Virus record (IMG/VR): IMGVR_UViG_2690316267_000013 | Strand: one strand, 5' to 3' | Length of the DNA stretch: 10,743 nt | DNA from: a virus | Lineage: Duplodnaviria > Heunggongvirae > Uroviricota > Caudoviricetes | Part shown: positions 1 through 6,944 of the stretch, piece by piece | Layout: every line of letters starts with the position of its first letter | Numbering within the stretch: position 1 is the stretch's first letter | Position numbers and translations under genes: made by a program | Notes under the pieces: generated by a model | What the model saw: the letters and a program-made list of their open reading frames with translations, nothing else | Databases searched by the model: none | Told to the model about the DNA's origin: nothing

Positions 1-2334
1 TCAGGTTGTTGCAGGGTCGTCACATTTTGGCAGCCAGTCGCCGTAGCTTTCCTCTTTCAGCGTCAGGTTGGTCTGTATCCCCTGTTTGGTATGGCGCTTC
101 TCGTAATTCAGTCCGTATTCCTTCAGCATCACCGGCAGCCCCAGCCCGAACATTTTCAGACTGAGTACGTTCCGGTAGCCGTTTGCCTCCATGTAGGCCA
201 GATAGGCGTGATAGAGGTATTTACGGTAATTGCGCGGGATGATACTCGCGTTCCCCATATACATGCCGCTGGTCTGCGGCAGGGTTTCCAGATAGCCGAT
301 AAAATCAAACGTCGGGTCGGCATCCCGTTTGATGTTCAGCGCCTCGTCTGAGTTCTGCTGGGACTGAAGCAGTGACCGGGCGAGCATCGGGTCGCTGAAC
401 TTCTGCATCAGGTGACGCACGATGACCGCCAGCTCGCGGGTGATTTTGTCCTTAAGCTGCGGGTCGCGCTCCTGCGGGGCTATCTGTTCCGGGAAGTGAA
501 TAATCACCCGCCGGCGTGACACGCCGCCGCTGCGGTCGGTGAAGCGCATCGGGTTATTGTTCACGGCCAGAATCACCGCCGGGATGTGCGTGGAGTACGC
601 ATCCCGGTATTTCGGGTCAACGGACACCGCATCGCCGCCGGTGATGGCCTTGAGTCCGGCTCCGTCGCCGCTCCATTTTTCCTGGTCCGGCAGGCGTATC
701 AGTGAGAAGCCAGTTAACGCGGCACGTTCACGCGGGGATTCCAGCGTCTCAATGGTGGCCGACGTGGCGTTATCTTCCCCGGCCAGCAGGGTGGCTATTT
801 CGGCCATGATACTTTTGCCGCTGCCGCCGGGACCGGTCACCTCCAGAAAGAGCTGCCAGTCGTAGCGGTTTGCCAGCACCATAAACAGTGCGGCCAGAAT
901 CACGTCGCGTTTTTCCGCACGACCACCGGCGGCACGGTCAAGCCAGCGCCAGAACGCGGGGGCGTGGGTTTCCAGCGTTTCCCCTTCCACCGGCGGGGTG
1001 AAATCCACATCGCACAGGGTGCGCATCCAGTGTGACGGACTGTGCGGGTGGAACGTGCCGCTCTGCGTGTCGAGCACGCCGTTACGAAAGCCAATCAGGC
1101 GGCGGGAGGGGGCTTCCTGCTGCGGAATAATCAGCTTCAGGGTGTCCACCACGGAGGCCACCTTCCCGGAGGAGAACGGCGCGCGCAGCCGCTGAAACAG
1201 CCCGGCCACATCCCGGGCAAAGTCCTGTGGTGGCAGCACCTTCCAGACACCATTTTCATAACGGGACAGAAGCTGGCCGTTGGCATCGACCGCGAGCGCC
1301 TCGCCGTAATGCTCATAGATACGCATGGCCTTTTCGCTGGTACTCATGGCGGAAAACTCCGCTTCGCTCATGGTGTCGAACGGGCTTTCAGCCGGTGGCC
1401 GGATGGCATCATAAATGGCCTTACGGGTGGCTTCCCCGCCGTACTGCGTGAAGGCATCATTCCAGTCACCGAAGACCGGCGGCAGGGCAACAACACCTTC
1501 ACACGCATCTGCGGCTGCGGCGGCTTTTGTCTGGCCGTCACCGCTGAGGTCACGGTCAGCAGCAAGGACAATATGACAGGCCGGATGCTTCTGCCGGGCA
1601 AGGCTGGCCAGAGAAAGGAGGTTCACGGAAGAAAGCGCCACCATCACCGTTTCACCGGTCAGGTGATGTACGGTAAGTGCGGTCGCGTATCCCTCCGCTA
1701 TCCACAGACGTTTTCCGGCCTGATTCTGTCCTTCAAGGGTGTGACAGGTGCCCCTGACCTGTCCGCCTTTCAGGGTACGCTTACGGCCGTCAGCACTGAT
1801 TAACTGAAGGTTAACCAGTTCGCCGCTGTCGTCATACAGTGGCACCACAAGGTCACCGGCGCGCCAGCTCACGCCACCGGCTCTGTGTGTGCCGGTCAGC
1901 ATCCGGCATTCCCGGCCGGGAAAGCCCTTGCGGGTCAGGTAGGCGTTACCGGTTCCGGGACGGGTTTTTGCCATCAGGGTTTGTGCCAGTGCGGCGGCGT
2001 TCTTCCGGGCAGCGTCTGTTTCAGCAACGGCGGCGGCCGTCACTGCCGGGTCAGCCGGGGGCAGACTGCCGGTCACGGCAGCCACCTTTGCGGCCGCGTC
2101 GGACGGGGAGACACCAAACACCTTTTCAACCAGTTTCAGGCCGTCACCGGCACCACACTGATTGCAGTACCAGGTGCCGCGCCCCTCCCTGTCATCAAAA
2201 CGGAAGCGGTCACTCCCGCCACAGACCGGACAGGGCTGATGACGGTTTTTCAGCACCTGAATCCCCAGCGCCGGGAGAATACGCGGCCAGTGGCCGAGCG
2301 CATGGCTGACGGTGGCGGTTACGTTCATTTTCAT
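1..2334 (-). CDS. alpha: P4-type alpha replication protein: zinc-ribbon/TOPRIM primase fused to a P-loop helicase, 777 aa
   Basis: N-terminal Cys4 motif (CPVCGG...CNQCG), TOPRIM acidic motif (LAADRD), Walker A (GPGGSGKS). Length is identical to P4 alpha. SD aaggag lies about 9 nt upstream of the ATG at 2332-2334. Stop codon at 1-3. Confidence 0.9.
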   Translation of the reverse strand: MKMNVTATVSHALGHWPRILPALGIQVLKNRHQPCPVCGGSDRFRFDDREGRGTWYCNQCGAGDGLKLVEKVFGVSPSDAAAKVAAVTGSLPPADPAVTAAAVAETDAARKNAAALAQTLMAKTRPGTGNAYLTRKGFPGRECRMLTGTHRAGGVSWRAGDLVVPLYDDSGELVNLQLISADGRKRTLKGGQVRGTCHTLEGQNQAGKRLWIAEGYATALTVHHLTGETVMVALSSVNLLSLASLARQKHPACHIVLAADRDLSGDGQTKAAAAADACEGVVALPPVFGDWNDAFTQYGGEATRKAIYDAIRPPAESPFDTMSEAEFSAMSTSEKAMRIYEHYGEALAVDANGQLLSRYENGVWKVLPPQDFARDVAGLFQRLRAPFSSGKVASVVDTLKLIIPQQEAPSRRLIGFRNGVLDTQSGTFHPHSPSHWMRTLCDVDFTPPVEGETLETHAPAFWRWLDRAAGGRAEKRDVILAALFMVLANRYDWQLFLEVTGPGGSGKSIMAEIATLLAGEDNATSATIETLESPRERAALTGFSLIRLPDQEKWSGDGAGLKAITGGDAVSVDPKYRDAYSTHIPAVILAVNNNPMRFTDRSGGVSRRRVIIHFPEQIAPQERDPQLKDKITRELAVIVRHLMQKFSDPMLARSLLQSQQNSDEALNIKRDADPTFDFIGYLETLPQTSGMYMGNASIIPRNYRKYLYHAYLAYMEANGYRNVLSLKMFGLGLPVMLKEYGLNYEKRHTKQGIQTNLTLKEESYGDWLPKCDDPATT

Positions 2335-2348
2335 GGTGTTGTTCTCCT

Positions 2349-2669
2349 TCAGTGCAGTACCGGCGCTTTTATGTGACGGGCACAGAGTTCATCCATCACA
2401 ACCAGCCCGAGAAAGGACAGCGACGGCGCGGCCTTCAGGGGGCCGGATTCCATTAAATCTTCCAGCAGGGCACAGGCTATCTGACGCCCTTTTTCCTCAC
2501 CGTGCTGGCGCAGATAAAAGCCTTCCAGCTCAGCGGCGATGGCCGCCTCCAGTGACTCAAGGGTGAGATGCGGGTAGCGGTGCTGACGTTCGCACACGGT
2601 CAGCCAGGCACAGGCGACAGCGCGACGGTAAAGGGCAGCGCGTAAGACGGGCGGTAAGGGTGTTTTCAT
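2349..2669 (-). CDS. cnr: 106-aa protein immediately upstream of alpha; Cnr-like (P4 copy-number regulator) by size and synteny
   Basis: ORF of 106 aa with SD gggagg about 7 nt upstream of the ATG. Its stop (2349-2351) overlaps the alpha SD region. Same size and position as P4 orf106/cnr. The functional call is by synteny only. Confidence 0.55.
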
Positions 2670-2804
2670 TTGCTTTCCTCCCTGTGACAGATGACTGCAT
2701 TCCGTGCCGGTTGCATTAACTGATAAGGCATATCTGCGTCTCCTGAAGACGTGCGTATCCCTGCGCGAATACGCACATTTAATTTTTCGGGTGTCGTTTT
2801 TTAA

Positions 2805-3260
2805 TTACAGATAATTGCGGTAACTGTTATCCGGGGTGATTTCCGGGTCAGGCTCCGTGCGGGGAATTTCCCGCCATTCCCGCGCCACCGGTGCCGCCCG
2901 GCTGACCGGAACAGTGTCCTGCGGGTAAATATCCAGATATTTCTCCCGCCATTTCTGTAATTCCGGGTCTCCGGCCATTTCTTTCAGTACCGCATGCCGG
3001 TTTACGGGGCTGCGTTTGAACAGGTCAGGACGGTCACAGGTAAATTCCCGCAGAAAACGCCCCAGCGGGATGTCTGTGGTGCGCCCGTCAGCGAGGATAC
3101 GCACAAGGATACTGAATTTACGGCGGTACGGGTTCCAGACAATGTCCGGGCAGCGGTACGGCATTTCCCACGGAATACCGTCTTCCAGAATGCCGACCAC
3201 GGCCACATCGGGAAAACCGGCAGAACGGTAAATCTCACCGGGCTGGGGAAAATCAAACAT
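2805..3260 (-). CDS. Hypothetical 151-aa left-operon protein (P4 orf151 position and size)
   Basis: ORF of 151 aa. Its ATG (3258-3260) overlaps the stop of the upstream 95-aa gene by 8 nt (ATGTTTGA), suggesting translational coupling. No motif recognised. Confidence 0.6.
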   Translation of the reverse strand: MFDFPQPGEIYRSAGFPDVAVVGILEDGIPWEMPYRCPDIVWNPYRRKFSILVRILADGRTTDIPLGRFLREFTCDRPDLFKRSPVNRHAVLKEMAGDPELQKWREKYLDIYPQDTVPVSRAAPVAREWREIPRTEPDPEITPDNSYRNYL

Positions 3261-3540
3261 GCGTCCTGTCTCCCCGGTCTTTCTGCTGGGCGAGAAAATC
3301 GCGGCACAGGCCTTTGGCTTTCAGCTCATTCAGCACAAAATCAATATCTTCATTCAGGTAGCTGAAAATATGCGGAATGTAGAGCTGATGCAGGCCGGAG
3401 AGTTCACGGTGAATCAAATCACCCCCAACAAACTGGGATACGGCGCTGGCGCGGTTGAGCTTATGGTAAGCCTCAATGCTGAGGTGTTCACGGGCGTCAT
3501 GACGTGCTGAGACGGTCTGAGGGGCTTTTTTATTACGCAC
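3253..3540 (-). CDS. 95-aa protein with GTG start; possible equivalent of P4 epsilon (helper-prophage derepression) by position
   Basis: GTG at 3538-3540 is preceded by a strong SD (GGAGG, 6-nt spacer). It reads to TGA at 3253-3255. The ORF track merges this into a longer 177-aa ORF, but the SD-GTG context supports the 95-aa product. The functional call is positional only. Confidence 0.45.
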   Translation of the reverse strand: MRNKKAPQTVSARHDAREHLSIEAYHKLNRASAVSQFVGGDLIHRELSGLHQLYIPHIFSYLNEDIDFVLNELKAKGLCRDFLAQQKDRGDRTHV

Positions 3541-3730
3541 GGGACACCTCCACCACCGGCAGACGGGCAGCAAGGGAGAGCACATAGTCACGGACAAGGG
3601 AACGGCGGGCGCTGCGTTCATCACCGGCGACGGTGCGAAGCATACAGATACGGGGATGACGGCCTGCGCGACGGACAGCCGCAAACACAAAGACAAATTC
3701 AGGGTGTGAGGGGGTAAGGGTTGTAGCCAT
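3533..3730 (-). CDS. 65-aa first ORF of the left operon, Kil-like by position; its SD overlaps a seqC-like RNA target site
   Basis: ATG at 3728-3730 with SD AAGGAGG (plus-strand 3739-3745). Its stop overlaps the GTG of the next gene (GTGCGTAA). The ORF track extends this frame to 199 aa, but the upstream part is low-complexity and covers the immunity RNA region. Confidence 0.45.
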   Translation of the reverse strand: MATTLTPSHPEFVFVFAAVRRAGRHPRICMLRTVAGDERSARRSLVRDYVLSLAARLPVVEVSRA

Positions 3731-3741
3731 GATGGCAGCCT

Positions 3742-3782
3742 CCTTGAAGTAACAGTTACAGCTACCACTGGAGTTCCTACGC
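3742..3782 (-). promoter_or_regulatory. seqC-like target site (ccttgaagtaac ... gagttcctacgc) complementary to seqB of the candidate CI RNA
   Basis: Shares two sequence blocks with the site at 3963-3990. Both blocks are complementary to 3805-3828. Overlaps the SD of the 65-aa ORF. Confidence 0.5.
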
Positions 3783-3789
3783 TCATGGG

Positions 3790-3875
3790 TGGTAGCCCGG
3801 ACGGGGGTAGGAATACCGGCCTTCAAGGAAACCGGCCAGCCCGAAGGCTGCCCCGCCCGGACCACCATTATCTGA
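3790..3875 (-). ncRNA. cI: Candidate CI-like immunity RNA containing a seqB element (approximate boundaries)
   Basis: Non-coding stretch between the two target-like sites. It contains 3805-3828 (gggggtaggaataccggccttcaagg), the reverse complement of blocks in both flanking sites. A stable hairpin with a UUCG tetraloop on the minus-strand RNA lies at 3837-3850, and a possible closing stem pairs ggtggtccgg with ccgggctaccacc. Ends were not determined. Confidence 0.4.
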
Positions 3876-3962
3876 CAGAGGCTACGGTTTAAAAACCACA
3901 GCCAGAAAAACAGGTGTGCCGAAGCAACGACGTAAAAAAAGACGCATGGCGCGTCATATGTC

Positions 3963-3990
3963 GCCTTGAAGTAACTCGGGTTCCTACGCC
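3963..3990 (-). promoter_or_regulatory. seqA-like target site in the leader of the early leftward transcript
   Basis: ccttgaagtaac at 3964-3975 and ggttcctacgcc at 3979-3990, both complementary to the seqB-like element at 3805-3828. Confidence 0.5.
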
Positions 3991-4018
3991 CGGCTGCCGA
4001 TTTTGCGGCAGCGGAAAA

Positions 4019-4048
4019 ACTATATCCGCAAATGCCGGAAAAAGGCAA
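4019..4048 (-). promoter_or_regulatory. Candidate sigma70 early leftward promoter (PLE-like)
   Basis: On the minus strand: -35 TTGCCT (4043-4048), 18-nt spacer, -10 TATAGT (4019-4024). This would start the transcript about 20 nt upstream of the seqA-like site. By eye only. Confidence 0.35.
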
Positions 4049-4083
4049 GCCAGAAAAAGGGAGTTTTTGCAGAGCGGGCATCA

Positions 4084-4350
4084 TCATGCGTCGTACCCCC
4101 GTTTGCGTCCGGCAATGCGTCCGGCCATCCATGCGGTGACTTCAGAGTGCAGCCAGGCCACATTTTTACCGCCAAGACTCACCTGCGGCGGAAATTCCCC
4201 CTTACGGATGAGTTCATAGATGGTCGAGCGTGACAGGCCGCACAGGTGCATCACTTCCGGCAGACGTAAAAAACGCTCCTGCGTGATGTCCGGCAGCGGC
4301 ATCAGTGGCGTCACAGGGGCGGGAGACGGGGAAGAAAAAACAGCTTGCAT
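4084..4350 (-). CDS. vis: Vis/AlpA-family small HTH DNA-binding protein (late-promoter regulator and excision factor), 88 aa
   Basis: 88-aa ORF with SD gaggt about 7 nt upstream of the ATG. AlpA-like signature (LRLPEV...[16 protein letters not shown]). Same size and position as P4 vis (orf88). Confidence 0.75.
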   Translation of the reverse strand: MQAVFSSPSPAPVTPLMPLPDITQERFLRLPEVMHLCGLSRSTIYELIRKGEFPPQVSLGGKNVAWLHSEVTAWMAGRIAGRKRGYDA

Positions 4351-4452
4351 CGGGCTACCTCGTTAATGTCCATACAGCACCGGATAAGTCCGTCCGGCTT
4401 CGGGTAGCGCTTTATTTTGTGAATATTTTTGGCAGACGCAACAGGGGGGATT

Positions 4453-4470
4453 TGTTCCGGCAGCCTTACA
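4453..4470 (-). promoter_or_regulatory. TGT-N12-ACA box (Delta/Ogr-type activator site) for the leftward late promoter (PLL-like) upstream of vis
   Basis: TGTtccggcagccttACA with exact 12-nt spacing, centred about 110 bp upstream of the vis ATG. Confidence 0.4.
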
Positions 4471-4496
4471 ATGACTGTGTGTTTTTTGTTCATTCC

Positions 4497-4525
4497 CACT
4501 TAAAGTCATTTAAAGCCACTTAAAG
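4497..4525. repeat. Three tandem 10-bp repeats CA(C/T)TTAAAG with one-helical-turn periodicity
   Basis: cacttaaag at 4497-4505, catttaaag at 4507-4515, cacttaaag at 4517-4525. Confidence 0.6.
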
Positions 4526-4629
4526 CAATTCGTAATTTTTATAGTGAAATACAAATCGTTTCTTCTTATTCATTCACGGCGAATTAATAAAAACAAACAG
4601 TAGTAAACAGCACAAAAAGTCCATGAGCG

Positions 4630-4733
4630 GGTGAACAGTGGTGAACAGACGGTGAACAGTCATTACTGCGATTGTTCACCCTTTAACTTACTGTATTACT
4701 TATCTTTTTTCTTATGGTGAACAGAGGTGAACA
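4630..4733. repeat. Iteron cluster: six copies of the P4 type-I octamer TGTTCACC (five as GGTGAACA, one inverted); putative alpha-binding origin
   Basis: GGTGAACA at 4630-4637, 4640-4647, 4651-4658, 4716-4723 and 4726-4733; TGTTCACC at 4673-4680. The cluster is flanked by a direct repeat aaacaaacagta at 4591-4602 and 4748-4759. Confidence 0.6.
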
Positions 4734-4812
4734 GTAAAATATAAAAAAACAAACAGTAAGCCGGTTTTTCCTGCGACCTTTTCCTGGCTTGCCGGTCTGA
4801 GGATGAGTCTCC

Positions 4813-4830
4813 TGTGTCAGGGCTGGCACA
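4813..4830 (+). promoter_or_regulatory. TGT-N12-ACA box (Delta/Ogr-type activator site) of the sid late promoter (Psid-like)
   Basis: TGTgtcagggctggcACA with exact 12-nt spacing, centred about 80 bp upstream of the sid ATG, consistent with a -55 activator site. Confidence 0.5.
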
Positions 4831-4902
4831 TCTGCAATGCGTCGTGTTGTTGTCCGGTGTACGTCACAATTTTCTTAATCTGAAGTGACGAGGAGCCGGA
4901 AA

Positions 4903-5637
4903 ATGTCTGACAACACCATCCCTGAATATCTGCAACCCGCACTGGCACAACTGGAAAAGGCCAGAGCCGCTCATCTTGAGAACGCCCGACTGATGGATGA
5001 GACCGTCAAGGCCATTGAACGGGCAGAGCAGGAAAAAAATGCGCTGGCGCAGGCCGACGGAAATGACGCTGATGACTGGCGCACAGCCTTTCGTGCAGCC
5101 GGTGGTGTCCTGAGCGACGAGCTGAAACAGCGCCACATTGAGCGCGTGGCACGCCGGGAGCTGGTACAGGAATATGACAATCTGGCCGTGGTGCTGAATT
5201 TTGAACGTGAACGCCTGAAAGGGGCGTGTGACAGCACGGCCACCGCCTACCGGAAGGCACATCATCACCTTCTGAGTCTGTATGCAGAGCATGAGCTGGA
5301 ACACGCCCTGAATGAAACCTGTGAGGCGCTTGTCCGGGCAATGCATCTGAGTATCCTGGTACAGGAAAATCCGCTCGCCAACACCACCGGCCATCAGGGC
5401 TACGTCGCACCGGAAAAGGCTGTCATGCAGCAGGTGAAATCATCGCTGGAACAGAAAATTAAACAGATGCAAATCAGCCTCACCGGCGAGCCGGTTCTCC
5501 GGCTGACCGGACTGTCAGCGGCAACACTCCCGCACATGGATTATGAGGTGGCAGGCACACCGGCACAGCGCAAGGTGTGGCAGGACAAAATAGACCAGCA
5601 GGGAGCAGAGCTTAAGGCCAGAGGACTGCTGTCATGA
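4903..5637 (+). CDS. sid: Sid, capsid size-determination external scaffold protein, 244 aa
   Basis: ATG at 4903 preceded by SD aggag with a 7-nt spacer; the ORF track starts 18 nt earlier at an in-frame GTG at 4885. Length from the ATG equals P4 Sid. Coiled-coil-like, Ala/Glu/Leu-rich sequence. Stop overlaps the delta start (ATGA). Confidence 0.85.
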   Translation: MSDNTIPEYLQPALAQLEKARAAHLENARLMDETVKAIERAEQEKNALAQADGNDADDWRTAFRAAGGVLSDELKQRHIERVARRELVQEYDNLAVVLNFERERLKGACDSTATAYRKAHHHLLSLYAEHELEHALNETCEALVRAMHLSILVQENPLANTTGHQGYVAPEKAVMQQVKSSLEQKIKQMQISLTGEPVLRLTGLSAATLPHMDYEVAGTPAQRKVWQDKIDQQGAELKARGLLS

Positions 5638-6134
5638 TTTACTGCCCGTCGTGTGGACATGTTGCTCACACCCGTCGCGCACATTTCATGGACGATGGCA
5701 CCAAGATAATGATTGCACAGTGCCGGAATATTTATTGCTCTGCGACATTTGAAGCGAGTGAAAGCTTTTTCTCTGACAGTAAAGATTCAGGAATGGAATA
5801 CATTTCAGGCAAACAGAGATACCGCGATTCACTGACGTCGGCCTCCGGCAGTATGAAACGCCCGAAAAGAATGCTTGTTACCGGATATTGTTGTCGGAGA
5901 TGTAAAGGCCTTGCACTGTCAAGAACATCGCGGCGTCTGTCTCAGGAAGTCACCGAGCGTTTTTATGTGTGCACGGATCCGGGCTGTGGTCTGGTGTTTA
6001 AAACGCTTCAGACCATCACCCGCTTCATTGTCCGCCCGGTCACGCCGGACGAACTGGCAGAACGCCTGCATGAAAAACAGGAACTGCCGCCAGTACGGTT
6101 AAAAACACAATCATATTCGCTGCGTCTGGAATGA
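5634..6134 (+). CDS. delta: Delta, late transcription activator with two Ogr-like zinc-finger modules, 166 aa
   Basis: Two Cys4 modules (CPSCGH...CRNIYC and CRRCKG...CTDPGC). Length equals P4 Delta. Start is coupled to the sid stop. Confidence 0.85.
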   Translation: MIYCPSCGHVAHTRRAHFMDDGTKIMIAQCRNIYCSATFEASESFFSDSKDSGMEYISGKQRYRDSLTSASGSMKRPKRMLVTGYCCRRCKGLALSRTSRRLSQEVTERFYVCTDPGCGLVFKTLQTITRFIVRPVTPDELAERLHEKQELPPVRLKTQSYSLRLE

Positions 6135-6207
6135 GGGCTGCCGGTTAACACCGGCCGTCGCCACACACCGTATTTTTATTCTTCAGCATGATGAGAAAGA
6201 GATAACG

Positions 6208-6780
6208 ATGGAAAGCACAGCCTTACAGCAGGCCTTTGACACCTGTCAGAATAACAAAGCAGCATGGCTGCAACGCAAAAATGAGCTGGCTGCGGCCGAA
6301 CAGGAATATCTGCGGCTTCTGTCAGGAGAAGGCAGAAACGTCAGTCGCCTGGACGAATTACGCAATATTATCGAAGTCAGAAAATGGCAGGTGAATCAGG
6401 CCGCCGGTCGTTATATTCGTTCGCATGAAGCCGTTCAGCACATCAGCATCCGCGACCGGCTGAATGATTTTATGCAGCAGCACGGCACAGCACTGGCGGC
6501 GGCACTGGCACCGGAGCTGATGGGCTACAGTGATCTGACGGCCATTGCCCGAAACTGTGCCATACAGCGTGCCACAGATGCCCTGCGTGAAGCCCTCCTG
6601 TCCTGGCTTGCGAAGGGTGAAAAAATTAATTATTCCGCACAGGATAGCGACATTTTAACGACCATCGGATTCAGGCCTGACGCGGCTTCGGTGGATGACA
6701 GCCGTGAAAAATTCACCCCTGCGCAGAACATGATTTTTTCGCGTAAAAGTGCGCAACTGGCATCACGTCAGTCTGTGTAA
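6208..6780 (+). CDS. psu: Psu, polarity suppression (Rho antagonist) and capsid decoration protein, 190 aa
   Basis: 190-aa ORF, last gene of the sid-delta-psu operon, directly upstream of cos. Same length and position as P4 Psu. Confidence 0.85.
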   Translation: MESTALQQAFDTCQNNKAAWLQRKNELAAAEQEYLRLLSGEGRNVSRLDELRNIIEVRKWQVNQAAGRYIRSHEAVQHISIRDRLNDFMQQHGTALAAALAPELMGYSDLTAIARNCAIQRATDALREALLSWLAKGEKINYSAQDSDILTTIGFRPDAASVDDSREKFTPAQNMIFSRKSAQLASRQSV

Positions 6781-6810
6781 AATTCCCCGAAAATCCGCCC
6801 GTTTTTACTG

Positions 6811-6849
6811 AAAAAAGCCATGCATCGATAAGGTGCATGGCTTTGCATG
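6811..6849. terminator. Hairpin terminator after psu, bidirectional (strong on minus strand, weaker on plus)
   Basis: 9-bp stem agccatgca/tgcatggct (6816-6824 and 6834-6842) with a 9-nt loop. It is flanked by A6 on the left (a U6 tract for minus-strand transcripts) and ttgcatgcgttt on the right. Confidence 0.5.
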
Positions 6850-6944
6850 CGTTTCCCTGCCTCATTTTCTGCAGACCGCGCCATTCCCGGCGCGGTCTGA
6901 GCGTGTCAGTGCAACTGCATTAAAACCGCCCCGCAAAGCGGGCG

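Noticed and set aside
91-2376. Plus-strand ORFs antisense to alpha (86, 108, 65, 253, 74, 156 and 163 aa) and minus-strand ORFs of 64 and 77 aa in other frames
   Set aside because: They are embedded in the well-supported 777-aa alpha gene, have no SD context, and are typical spurious frames in GC-rich DNA.
2994-3510. Plus-strand ORFs of 123, 71 and 83 aa and a minus-strand 101-aa ORF overlapping the 151-aa and 95-aa genes
   Set aside because: They overlap better-supported genes on the opposite strand or in another frame, with no start context.
3253-3786. 177-aa minus-strand ORF
   Set aside because: Its upstream portion lies in a different frame over the 65-aa gene and the RNA region. A strong SD followed by GTG at 3538-3540 defines a 95-aa product instead.
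3533-4132. 199-aa minus-strand ORF from the six-frame track
   Set aside because: Only the last 65 codons have an SD and ATG and look protein-like. The upstream 134 codons are low-complexity and run across the seqA/seqB/seqC complementary blocks and the vis 3' end. Read as a non-coding leader and immunity RNA region plus a 65-aa gene.
3914-4523. Plus-strand ORFs of 101, 76 and 72 aa and a minus-strand 62-aa ORF in the immunity and promoter region
   Set aside because: They run across regulatory repeats and vis on the opposite strand, and have low-complexity translations.
4630-4733. Possibility that the GGTGAACA repeat cluster is a CRISPR array
   Set aside because: Repeats are only 8 bp, irregularly spaced at 2-55 bp, and one is inverted. 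No cas genes. The motif is the known P4 origin iteron.
4864-5410. Minus-strand ORFs of 176, 90 and 134 aa antisense to sid
   Set aside because: Antisense to a well-supported gene, with Cys/Arg/Ser-rich low-complexity translations.
5875-6102. 75-aa plus-strand ORF inside delta in another frame
   Set aside because: Alternate frame of the zinc-finger gene, with no independent start signal.
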